This document shows, piece after piece, positions 1-7,577 of a stretch of DNA of 39,069 bases (position 1 is the stretch's first letter; each line of letters begins with the position of its first letter). This stretch comes from a virus (lineage: Duplodnaviria; Caudoviricetes): the IMG/VR virus record IMGVR_UViG_3300048599_000766, positions 1-39,069 of that record; one strand, 5' to 3'. Made by a program: the position numbers and the translations under genes. Below the pieces are notes generated by a model. That model searched no databases. It saw only the letters and a program-made list of their open reading frames with translations, and was not told the origin of the DNA.

Positions 1-417
1 GCAAAGCACCTCCCTCCGCAATCAAGGACAACCGGCAGGCTTGATCAGCCGGTGCCAGGGAATCCGGCTACTGCCCAACACGACCCTTAGCCTGTTCTTC
101 ATGACTCTGGAACTGCGGATGCACAGATATTGCCTCCATGCCGAAGCACTGTAGCGCAGTTTCTAGACACATTTCATCTTCTGTCTGCGCAGTTACCTGT
201 GAAAAACTGCGCGGCAGACCTCGACCGGCGTGACCGTGCGCAGCCGCACCGCCAGAGAAACCTGAATGGCGGGCGAATGCTCCGCTCACGGCGGAGCACG
301 CCGTCACCGGACACGCTACCGGTACCAGCGCGGAATCGCCCGTTTTTATATAATGTGGACAACTCTTGCCGGACGGGCGTCATCGGCTGGGGGGGAGGGA
401 CCCGAAGGAGGCGGACA

Positions 418-774
418 ATGCTGATTGAGGTGACCGAGGGCGCTGAGGCTGAGACCGAGGGCCGGGCGCGCCGGCTGCTGCTGGACCTATTCGAGCTGAC
501 GATGCGCCAGCCCACCGCCTGGGTCCTGGTCGCGACACTGACGCGCCGGCTCGGGCCGCTCAGCACCGCCCAGCCGGTGCTGGCGCGGGCTGAGCTTAGC
601 CGCTGGCTCGACTTCGACGGGCCGTCCCGCATGAGGCGGGTGCGGCTGAGCACGGAGGGCCGCGCCCTATTCGAGCGGCCCGCGATCCATGGCCGGCCGC
701 GGGCACCCGAGCCGCGTCACCGCGTGGTGAGCTGGTCGACCGGCGCGCCAGCGGCGCGGCGGGCCTCGGGCTGA
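418..774 (+). CDS. Hypothetical protein (118 aa), possibly winged-helix-like
   Basis: ATG at 418 with strong RBS AAGGAGG at 405-411 inside ORF 130..774; TATAAT at 349-354; C-terminal WLDFDG...RVRLSTEGRAL resembles a wHTH wing. Confidence 0.5.
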   Translation: MLIEVTEGAEAETEGRARRLLLDLFELTMRQPTAWVLVATLTRRLGPLSTAQPVLARAELSRWLDFDGPSRMRRVRLSTEGRALFERPAIHGRPRAPEPRHRVVSWSTGAPAARRASG

Positions 775-905
775 CGCGCCGGCTCCGCGCCGAGCAGCGC
801 CAGCGTCATCCTGGCCAGTGCCGGATTGTCGACGGCGAGATCGATGCGGCCTGCGGCGATGCCGTCGAGCCAGGCGGTAACGCTCGCCACGATGTCGATG
901 CCCAT
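717..905 (-). CDS. Small hypothetical protein (62 aa), last gene of the late operon in the window
   Basis: Strong RBS (AAGAGGAGG) just before the ATG, 13 nt after the stop of the lipoprotein gene. Confidence 0.55.
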   Translation of the reverse strand: MGIDIVASVTAWLDGIAAGRIDLAVDNPALARMTLALLGAEPARQPEARRAAGAPVDQLTTR

Positions 906-918
906 GACGATCCTCCTC

Positions 919-1140
919 TTAGGGCGCGTCGCCAGCGGCGCGCCGGGCCGGCTTGCAGGTGCAGGTTAGGTGAGTGCCGCCGATGTGGGTGCTACGGGGC
1001 AGGCCAACGTTCCAAACGATCGAGTCGCAATGGACGAACTCCGGGCACGATAGCTGCGGCCGCAGTACGACAGCCTCGTCCGAGCTGCTGCACGCCGCGA
1101 CCAGCAGGGTGCACAAGATCTCGGCGCATTGCCGGCGCAT
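919..1140 (-). CDS. Small Cys-rich putative lipoprotein (73 aa)
   Basis: MRR basic N-terminus, short hydrophobic stretch and lipobox VAA-C at Cys17; ATG 1 nt after the tail-fibre stop. Confidence 0.6.
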   Translation of the reverse strand: MRRQCAEILCTLLVAACSSSDEAVVLRPQLSCPEFVHCDSIVWNVGLPRSTHIGGTHLTCTCKPARRAAGDAP

Positions 1141-1141
1141 C

Positions 1142-2116
1142 TCAGAGCTTCACAAGCGTGGTGACGGTGCGGGTCGGCTGGATGTTGTTGTGGCCCTGAT
1201 CGCCGCCCGCGAAGTTGATCTGGATGTTGCTCCCGCTTCCGCCAGTGCGCGGCGCGGCGTTGCCGAGATTGCCGCCCGGATTGTAGCCGCCACCGGCCGT
1301 CGCGAACGCGCCCTCGGGGATCGCATGATCGTGCCCTGGGTCGTAGACTGAGTGGGTGTGCGTCGGCATCTCAGCAATCGCGAGCACGTGCCGCTGCTCG
1401 CCCCCGAACTGACCAAGCCGGCTGAACACGTCGAGCACGCCGCGCGCCGCGCCGCCCAGGCTGTCGTAGGTCGCTCGAACGCAGCCGCGGAAGTCGAGCC
1501 CGCCAATGGTCTTCTTCGCCTGCCAGTCGGACTGAGCGGTGGCGCCGCGCCCCCCGCTCACCGGGGCGTCGGTGTCGGAGAGTCCATTCCAGATGTGCAG
1601 GAAGAGATTGTGGCAGTCCGGGTTGGCGCGGATCGTGCCGCCCGAGCCCGCGTCGCCGATGGTGCCGGCCATCGCCATCACCCAGCCGGCCGGCGCCGAT
1701 GACAGCGCGCCCATGACGTCGACCACCGAGCCGGTCGGGAAGGCGAGCCCTTGCACGTTCTGCAGCGCCGCCTGGATCGCGGCCTGGACGAACTCGCAGG
1801 TCGCGACCGATGGCGTGTTGTCGGTGGACGCCTTCGTCACCGCCTGCATCGCGTCGGCGAGTGCCACGATGCCCGAGACCGTGTCGATATTGAACAACGC
1901 CAGGTCGCCCCTGGTGGCGCCCGAGAAGAAGTTCCATACCCAGCTATCGGCACCGGCCGCGTCGTTCAGCCAGTCGAGGCCCGGCACGACGTAGCTCGGT
2001 CGATTGGCGCCGCGGTGCTTGGCGTAGAGCGCGTCGCGCCACTGGTTCAGATCGCCTGCGAGCTGGACTCCATCGACGACATACGGGTCGATGTTGCCGA
2101 AGTCGAACTGGCTCAT
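1142..2116 (-). CDS. Tail fibre / tail-collar domain protein (324 aa)
   Basis: True start MSQFDFG at 2116 overlaps the J stop (ATGA); collar-like FPTGSV...APAGWV segment; C-terminal GGEQRHVLAIAEMPTHTH...HNNIQP typical of collar-type fibres. Confidence 0.85.
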   Translation of the reverse strand: MSQFDFGNIDPYVVDGVQLAGDLNQWRDALYAKHRGANRPSYVVPGLDWLNDAAGADSWVWNFFSGATRGDLALFNIDTVSGIVALADAMQAVTKASTDNTPSVATCEFVQAAIQAALQNVQGLAFPTGSVVDVMGALSSAPAGWVMAMAGTIGDAGSGGTIRANPDCHNLFLHIWNGLSDTDAPVSGGRGATAQSDWQAKKTIGGLDFRGCVRATYDSLGGAARGVLDVFSRLGQFGGEQRHVLAIAEMPTHTHSVYDPGHDHAIPEGAFATAGGGYNPGGNLGNAAPRTGGSGSNIQINFAGGDQGHNNIQPTRTVTTLVKL

Positions 2117-5100
2117 GCGTGGCCCCCATAGCCCTGGACGAAGTAGTCGATGGCGCCGCCTGCGTGCGGTGCGCCGGCCGCGTCGCGGTGCTCGACCTCG
2201 AAGTGCTCGGCGTCGCTTTCGATCAGGACGATGTTTCCGCCCGGAGCAACCGACTGGCGCGCGGTGAGCTGCACGGTCGGCATGCCGAGAAACGGCACGA
2301 CATAGGTGACGGTGAGATGCCCCGTGCCATCGAGGGCGACGTCGTTGCCCTGGATCGAGCGCAGCGGCACTTCGATCAGCACGCCCGCCTCGTGCGCCTT
2401 GAGCGCGGTCAGCAGGTCGTAGAGCGAGCCGACCATGCGCCACTCGAACTTCTGCGCGGTGATGACGGTCGACTTCAGCGGGAACCAGTCGCCCCAGGTC
2501 GCGCCATCGTCGGTCGACACGCGGGTCTCGATGTGGGCGTCCCACTCGGCGCTGATATTGAGCGCGAGCGGCTTGGCGGCAGCGAGCGGTCGCCAGTTCG
2601 ACATCGCCGCGCTGTTGCCCATGGCGAGCGGCTGAGCTGAGGCGAGCGGCAGCCACTTCGCCATCACCACGCCGATCTTCGCGCCGTGGCCCTCGACGTA
2701 GCCGGTCATGGTGACGCGCGTCGAGGCGCCAAGATCGAAGCCCTCCGCAAATGAATAGACCCCGACGCGGGTCGGGGTCTTGTTCAGGGCGACGCCTCGG
2801 TCACCAGGGAAAACCTCTGGCGGGCCGGGCTCGGGCTCGTCGGGCGGCGGCAACCACAGCTCGTCCCTGTTGCGATGCCAGAGCCCGAGCTCACCCAGCC
2901 ACAGTGGCTGCTGCGCCTCGTCGAGCACGGTCGACTGCTCGGTCTGCTGCGGGCTCAGGATCGCCTCGGCCCATTCGTCGCTCTCCTGGCCGAGCGAGTC
3001 GATGGTCTTGACCATGAAAGTGCCGGCGCGCATCGGCGTCTGCACCTGGGTGGTGTTGCGGGTGACGCGGGCGATAGACGTCGTCGCGCGGTCCCACGAG
3101 GCGCCGCTGCCGATCTTCTTCGTCCACTTCACCCAATAGAACATCACGTCGACTTCGCCGGTCGGCGTCCAGATCAGCGTGACCAGGTTGCCGCCTTGCG
3201 GGGAGATGTAGAGCGCGGCCGGTGGCTTCGGCTTCTTGCTGAGCCCGACTGGCGTGAAGCTGTACTCGACTGCCTGGCTGCGCCGGCCGATGCTGTCGAA
3301 GGCGCGCAGCGTGACGGTCCACTGCCCCTGGCGCATCGCCGGCACTTCCTGGGCGATGCCGACGACCTGGGTGAAGCGGCGATAGTCCCCGCCCGGCCCG
3401 GACATCTCGAGTTGATACCAGGCGACGCGCGCGTCAGGGCTCGCGGTCCAGGTGATGACGACGCCGAACTGCGGCGTGCCCGAGCCGTCGAGATAGATGT
3501 ACTCGGTGTCGGTGACGTCGGTCGGTGGTGCCAGCGGCCCGGTCGGGAACAGCGAGAACGGCGGCAGTGGCAAGAGCTTGCCGGTCTCGACATAGGCGAA
3601 CTTCTCCTTGTGATACTCGGTCGCCATCACCTGGTAGATGCCAGGTCCCGCCTCGGCGATCTGGTTCACCCGCCACTCGGTCGGGTTGACGACCTCGGTA
3701 TTGATGGCGATCCACATCGAGGCGGCCGGCAGCGGCTGGGTCTTGCCGCTGACGCGGAGCTGGTTGCCGGCCAGGAGCGCGACCACGGTGAGCATGATGA
3801 TGGTCGGCCGCTCGCCCTGAGCGGCGCTGCCGAGCGTGACCGCGAGCTGCCAGCCGGGCTCGATGACCGCCGAGACCTGGTCGAGCGTGACAGTATCGCT
3901 ACCCTCGTCCTTCAGCAGCCGGCCCGCGATGCGCGCGCCGACCCGGCTCGGGTCCGAGATGGCGATGATCTGGCCGGGCTGGACGTCGGCGTTTTCCAGG
4001 CCGACGCGGAACGACACGGCCTCGGTCTCGAACTGGCTGGTGTAGATCAGCCAGCGCCCGAAGCGCTGCGCCTGGGTGCGCGATGTGCAGCCGAACGCCG
4101 CTTGCTGGGTCTCGCGGAAGCCCTGCTGGGCGACCAGGGTCGGGTCCTGCACCAGCTCGACCGCGGGGTTGTAGCTGTCGCCCGGATCGTTCCAAGTGAT
4201 GGCTGCCGCGGTGTAGCGCGTGCGGTAATCCATGCCGGTGTAGTCGAACAGGCCGTCGACGACGTCGGCCGGCCCGAACAGCCGCTCGATGGGACTCGGC
4301 TTGTCCTGGGCGATGAACACCGTGCCGTTCGAGAAGTAGATGTTCGACAGCATCGACGAGGCGACCGCGCTCAGCACCTGCCAGGCGTCCTGGCGGGTGT
4401 TGATCACACAGTTGCAGGTGAAGCGCGGCTCCAGCCCGCCCTTGCCGTCGCTGAGCGGCTGGTCGTTGTACCGCTGCGCGTCATAGAACGACCACTTGTC
4501 GATGGCGCTGACATCGATATCGCGGCCGAGGCCCCAGCGCTCGTTGATCAAGAGGTTGTAGAGCACCCAGGCCGGGTTGTTGGTCCATTGCGTGAAGAAC
4601 GTGCCATCCCAATTGCCGGTGTCCGTGTGGCTCCACGGCTCATAGCTCACCGGTATTTGCACCAGCAGCCCATCGAGCAGGAAGGCGCGCTGCGGCAGGT
4701 TGGGGAACTGCTCGGCGTCGACCGTCATGGCGATGACGCAGGTGTCATCGTAGGCAATCTGGCCGTCGATGATCTCGGTGTAGGACGACCAGAAGAGCTG
4801 GTTGGCGAAGCCGCTCGGCGCTGGCGGGTCGAGCCGCGTGACGCGCGCCTGGATCGACGTCGTCGCGGGCGGGAGCTGAACGCGCACCGCCCGCTCGTAG
4901 GGTGACATCGTCTTGCCGTAGATGCGCTCGGTGACGTAGTTCACCCACGGCCCGCCGTCGATGCTGAGATCGAAGGCATAGGCGACCGAGTAGCCGTTTA
5001 TGTCGCCATCGTTCTCCTGCATGTAGAGCGCGGGGATGCGCAGGATGTAGCGGATCGCGCTGATCGCCGGGTCGCTGAGCCGCCGCACCACCGCGACGTA

Positions 5101-5484
5101 GGGCTGGCACTCGACGCCGACGCCGCTGGTGCTCTCGGCGATCGGGTAGCCGGGGATCGCGTCCTGGGATGGGTAGCCGTAGCGGAAGTCGCCCTGCAGC
5201 AGGTTGAACTGCATCGCCCCCTGCTCGTCCATCACAGGCGTGCCGTCGAGATAGACCGACTGCCAGAACTTCGATCCGTCGAGCCGCGCGGTGTGCATCC
5301 CCGACACCACGCCTTCGCTCAGCACTTCGAGGATGCGTGCGGTCGCCCGGCTGCGCAGCGTGTTGGGGAACTCGGTCGGCGTGTGCGGTGAAGTCTGGCT
5401 GCCGCCACCGCCCTTGCCGTCGCCCTTCGCCGCGATCCGCCGCGGGTCGGCGATGCGCCGCACGACGACACCGGCGCCGCTCAT
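2113..5484 (-). CDS. Tail tip / host specificity protein, lambda gpJ-like (1123 aa)
   Basis: KGDGKGGG N-terminus, LSEG, WTNNPAW, EPRFTCN, FGCTSRTQAQRFGRW motifs; FN3-like C-terminal repeats; follows gene I. Confidence 0.95.
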   Translation of the reverse strand: MSGAGVVVRRIADPRRIAAKGDGKGGGGSQTSPHTPTEFPNTLRSRATARILEVLSEGVVSGMHTARLDGSKFWQSVYLDGTPVMDEQGAMQFNLLQGDFRYGYPSQDAIPGYPIAESTSGVGVECQPYVAVVRRLSDPAISAIRYILRIPALYMQENDGDINGYSVAYAFDLSIDGGPWVNYVTERIYGKTMSPYERAVRVQLPPATTSIQARVTRLDPPAPSGFANQLFWSSYTEIIDGQIAYDDTCVIAMTVDAEQFPNLPQRAFLLDGLLVQIPVSYEPWSHTDTGNWDGTFFTQWTNNPAWVLYNLLINERWGLGRDIDVSAIDKWSFYDAQRYNDQPLSDGKGGLEPRFTCNCVINTRQDAWQVLSAVASSMLSNIYFSNGTVFIAQDKPSPIERLFGPADVVDGLFDYTGMDYRTRYTAAAITWNDPGDSYNPAVELVQDPTLVAQQGFRETQQAAFGCTSRTQAQRFGRWLIYTSQFETEAVSFRVGLENADVQPGQIIAISDPSRVGARIAGRLLKDEGSDTVTLDQVSAVIEPGWQLAVTLGSAAQGERPTIIMLTVVALLAGNQLRVSGKTQPLPAASMWIAINTEVVNPTEWRVNQIAEAGPGIYQVMATEYHKEKFAYVETGKLLPLPPFSLFPTGPLAPPTDVTDTEYIYLDGSGTPQFGVVITWTASPDARVAWYQLEMSGPGGDYRRFTQVVGIAQEVPAMRQGQWTVTLRAFDSIGRRSQAVEYSFTPVGLSKKPKPPAALYISPQGGNLVTLIWTPTGEVDVMFYWVKWTKKIGSGASWDRATTSIARVTRNTTQVQTPMRAGTFMVKTIDSLGQESDEWAEAILSPQQTEQSTVLDEAQQPLWLGELGLWHRNRDELWLPPPDEPEPGPPEVFPGDRGVALNKTPTRVGVYSFAEGFDLGASTRVTMTGYVEGHGAKIGVVMAKWLPLASAQPLAMGNSAAMSNWRPLAAAKPLALNISAEWDAHIETRVSTDDGATWGDWFPLKSTVITAQKFEWRMVGSLYDLLTALKAHEAGVLIEVPLRSIQGNDVALDGTGHLTVTYVVPFLGMPTVQLTARQSVAPGGNIVLIESDAEHFEVEHRDAAGAPHAGGAIDYFVQGYGGHA

Positions 5485-6131
5485 ACCGCGATGTCCTCGA
5501 CGTTGATGCCGCCCGAGGCAACGATGGAGCCGACCAGGTGAGTGCCGAACACCAGCGGCACGGGGCCGCCCTGCTGGCTGTTGTTGGTCACGCCATTGAA
5601 GAAGAAGCTCGGCCGGTCGTCGGGCCGCGCCTGGTCGGTCGCTTGCTGTGTCGAGGCGCCCTGCGGCTGCGCCGCGAGCAGGCCCGCGATGCCGCCCAGC
5701 ACCATCGCCCCGCCCGCGAGCGCGATGGTATTGAACGTGATGCCCATGGCGATCTCGGTCGACATGGCGGCCCCCAACGCCGCGAAGCCGGCCGGCGCGG
5801 TGAGGCCCGCGGTCACGATGGCCGCGCCGATCAGGACCACGCCGACGATGATCTTGCCGACGCCCCCGCCTCCGCCCGCGGCCTGGGTTGCCGGCACGAT
5901 ATGGATCGGCTGCCGGCCGACGCGCATGCCAAGCAGCCCCGGCGCAATGGCGTTGGCCAGGCGCGGCGGGCCGACGATGACGCGCCAGGCGCCGCGCCTC
6001 AGCTCAGGCCGCGCCTCGGGCCTGAGCGTCATGATGGCGCGCACCGCTTCGGCAGGCGTGGTGACGTCGAGCCGCCAGTGGCGACCGAAGCGCCGGCCCA
6101 CCGCGCCGTGCAGGTAGACGTCGCGGATCAT
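5481..6131 (-). CDS. Tail assembly protein, lambda gpI-like (216 aa)
   Basis: Start MIRDVYLHG at 6131 (ATGA overlap with K); ubiquitin-like N-terminus, Gly/Ala-rich hydrophobic middle, SFFFNGVTN...QGGPVPLVFG...VGS C-terminus. Confidence 0.93.
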   Translation of the reverse strand: MIRDVYLHGAVGRRFGRHWRLDVTTPAEAVRAIMTLRPEARPELRRGAWRVIVGPPRLANAIAPGLLGMRVGRQPIHIVPATQAAGGGGGVGKIIVGVVLIGAAIVTAGLTAPAGFAALGAAMSTEIAMGITFNTIALAGGAMVLGGIAGLLAAQPQGASTQQATDQARPDDRPSFFFNGVTNNSQQGGPVPLVFGTHLVGSIVASGGINVEDIAV

Positions 6132-6886
6132 CGGGCGAACCGCAGGGCCAGCGTGACATGGCGGCGGTAGCGCTGGCGCGGCACTTCGCAGGACAGCCGC
6201 GTGTGGTCGACCGGCCGGATGCCCGAGGCGTGGTGCAGCATCAGATCGCGATCGATGACGATGGCGGCATGCATCGGCACCGCGAAGTTGAAGCTGAACA
6301 GCGCGACGTCGCCGCGCCGCGTTGCCTCCTCCGGCGGGATCTCGACGAAGCCCCAGGCCTTGAAGTTGGCGCGGTAGAGATCGAGGCCCTTGGTCCACCA
6401 CTCCCAGCCGCGCGGATAGTCGGCAAGTGGCACGCCCGCCGGCTCGAACCAGTCGCGCACCAGCGCGTAGCAGTCGTGCACGCCGTGCCGGAAGCCGCGG
6501 CCGATGATCACCTGCTTGGGGAGCTGATCGCCGAAGGCGAACAGGTCGAAGGTCGGCAGCACCATGATGACGAACGGCACGCCGAGCTGGAGCTGGTAGG
6601 TCATGTCCTGAGCTGAGGGGCAGCCCAGGCCGTTGGGATGGGTGTGGAAGAACAGCTCGGCGTCGGCGACGCGCAGCAGGTCGACGTCGCTCAACAGGAC
6701 GTCTTCACCTGGCGTGGTCGAGCGGTTTTCGAGGCGCTGGTACTCGCCCCCGCTCACGATGCCCGCCGCCTCGTCGGGGAAGGCCTCCATGCCATGCGCG
6801 TAGGCAGCCTCGAACACCGCCTGGGTCCAGGCAGCCGGCAGCGCCGGGCCGAGCGGCACCAGCTCGCGTCGCGATGGGAGCTGCAT
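6128..6886 (-). CDS. Tail tip assembly protein, lambda gpK-like (JAB/MPN + NlpC/P60)
   Basis: E...HTHP...PSAQD JAB motif, then GRGFRHGVHDCYALVRDWF and HAAI...MLHH NlpC/P60 motifs. Confidence 0.93.
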   Translation of the reverse strand: MQLPSRRELVPLGPALPAAWTQAVFEAAYAHGMEAFPDEAAGIVSGGEYQRLENRSTTPGEDVLLSDVDLLRVADAELFFHTHPNGLGCPSAQDMTYQLQLGVPFVIMVLPTFDLFAFGDQLPKQVIIGRGFRHGVHDCYALVRDWFEPAGVPLADYPRGWEWWTKGLDLYRANFKAWGFVEIPPEEATRRGDVALFSFNFAVPMHAAIVIDRDLMLHHASGIRPVDHTRLSCEVPRQRYRRHVTLALRFAR

Positions 6887-6887
6887 G

Positions 6888-7577
6888 TCATTTTACCTTT
6901 CCGACGCCTGGGAAGAAGCGGGCCGGCAAGACCTGGCTGGCGAAGCGCCTGGTGCAGCCGGTCATCGAGCGCGAGCACTGGTCGTGCTCGGCGGTGGTCG
7001 GATGATCGTCGATATCGAAGAACAGCGCGCCCGCGTAGGGGCAGCTCGCGTGGCTGTAGTCGAACGCGAGCGTCACCGGGTTGAAGTAGCGATAGGTGTG
7101 GGTGCAGACGTCGCGGAGGATTTGCCGGCGCGGGAGCTGGGTGCCTTCGACGTCCCAGCGCGCGGCTAGCTTGAACACGATGGCGAGCGCGGAGTGGCTG
7201 GTCTTCTGAGCGACCACGAACCGGTCGCGCGTGATATAGGCCAGCGGATCGGGCGTCTCGCCGTCGTCGAGAAAGCGGCGCAGCGTGAGGATGCGCACCA
7301 CTTCGGCGCCGACCAGGCCGTCGTAGCTGTCGACCAACAGGTTGCCAGCGCCATAGATGTTGGAGATCGTGATGTTGGGCTGGGGCAAGGCACCCTTGGT
7401 ATTCAGCTCGAAGCCGCTCGCCTCCATCGGCAGCGGCACGTAGGGCTGCCCGCCCCAGATGATCTCGTGATCGAAGTCCTGCGCCGATGTGAAGTAGAAC
7501 AACTGCCCGCCGAGCCGCGTCGTATCGAGCTGGAAGAGCGTGATAAGCCCCTCGGTGACGAGCTGGCTGTCGCTCAT
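6888..7577 (-). CDS. Minor tail protein, lambda gpL-like (229 aa)
   Basis: Start MSDSQLVTEG at 7577 (ATGA overlap); ITLFQLD, LPRRQI, four C-terminal Cys (C..C..DQC..GC) matching the gpL Fe-S ligands. Confidence 0.93.
   Translation of the reverse strand: MSDSQLVTEGLITLFQLDTTRLGGQLFYFTSAQDFDHEIIWGGQPYVPLPMEASGFELNTKGALPQPNITISNIYGAGNLLVDSYDGLVGAEVVRILTLRRFLDDGETPDPLAYITRDRFVVAQKTSHSALAIVFKLAARWDVEGTQLPRRQILRDVCTHTYRYFNPVTLAFDYSHASCPYAGALFFDIDDHPTTAEHDQCSRSMTGCTRRFASQVLPARFFPGVGKVK

Noticed and set aside
68-307. 79-aa minus-strand ORF in the AT-richer left edge
   Set aside because: No RBS or recognisable motif; cannot be supported
2117-2656. N-terminal extension of the 504-aa ORF call; likewise extensions of the I, L, gp10, TerS and primase ORF calls
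   Set aside because: Arg-rich out-of-frame overlap with the upstream gene; real starts are at internal ATGs, mostly ATGA overlaps
2875-4905. 676-aa plus-strand ORF
   Set aside because: Antisense shadow of J caused by high-GC codon bias; no RBS or motifs
1142-5484. Diversity-generating retroelement or invertible tail-fibre system
   Set aside because: No reverse transcriptase, invertase or template/variable repeat pair seen
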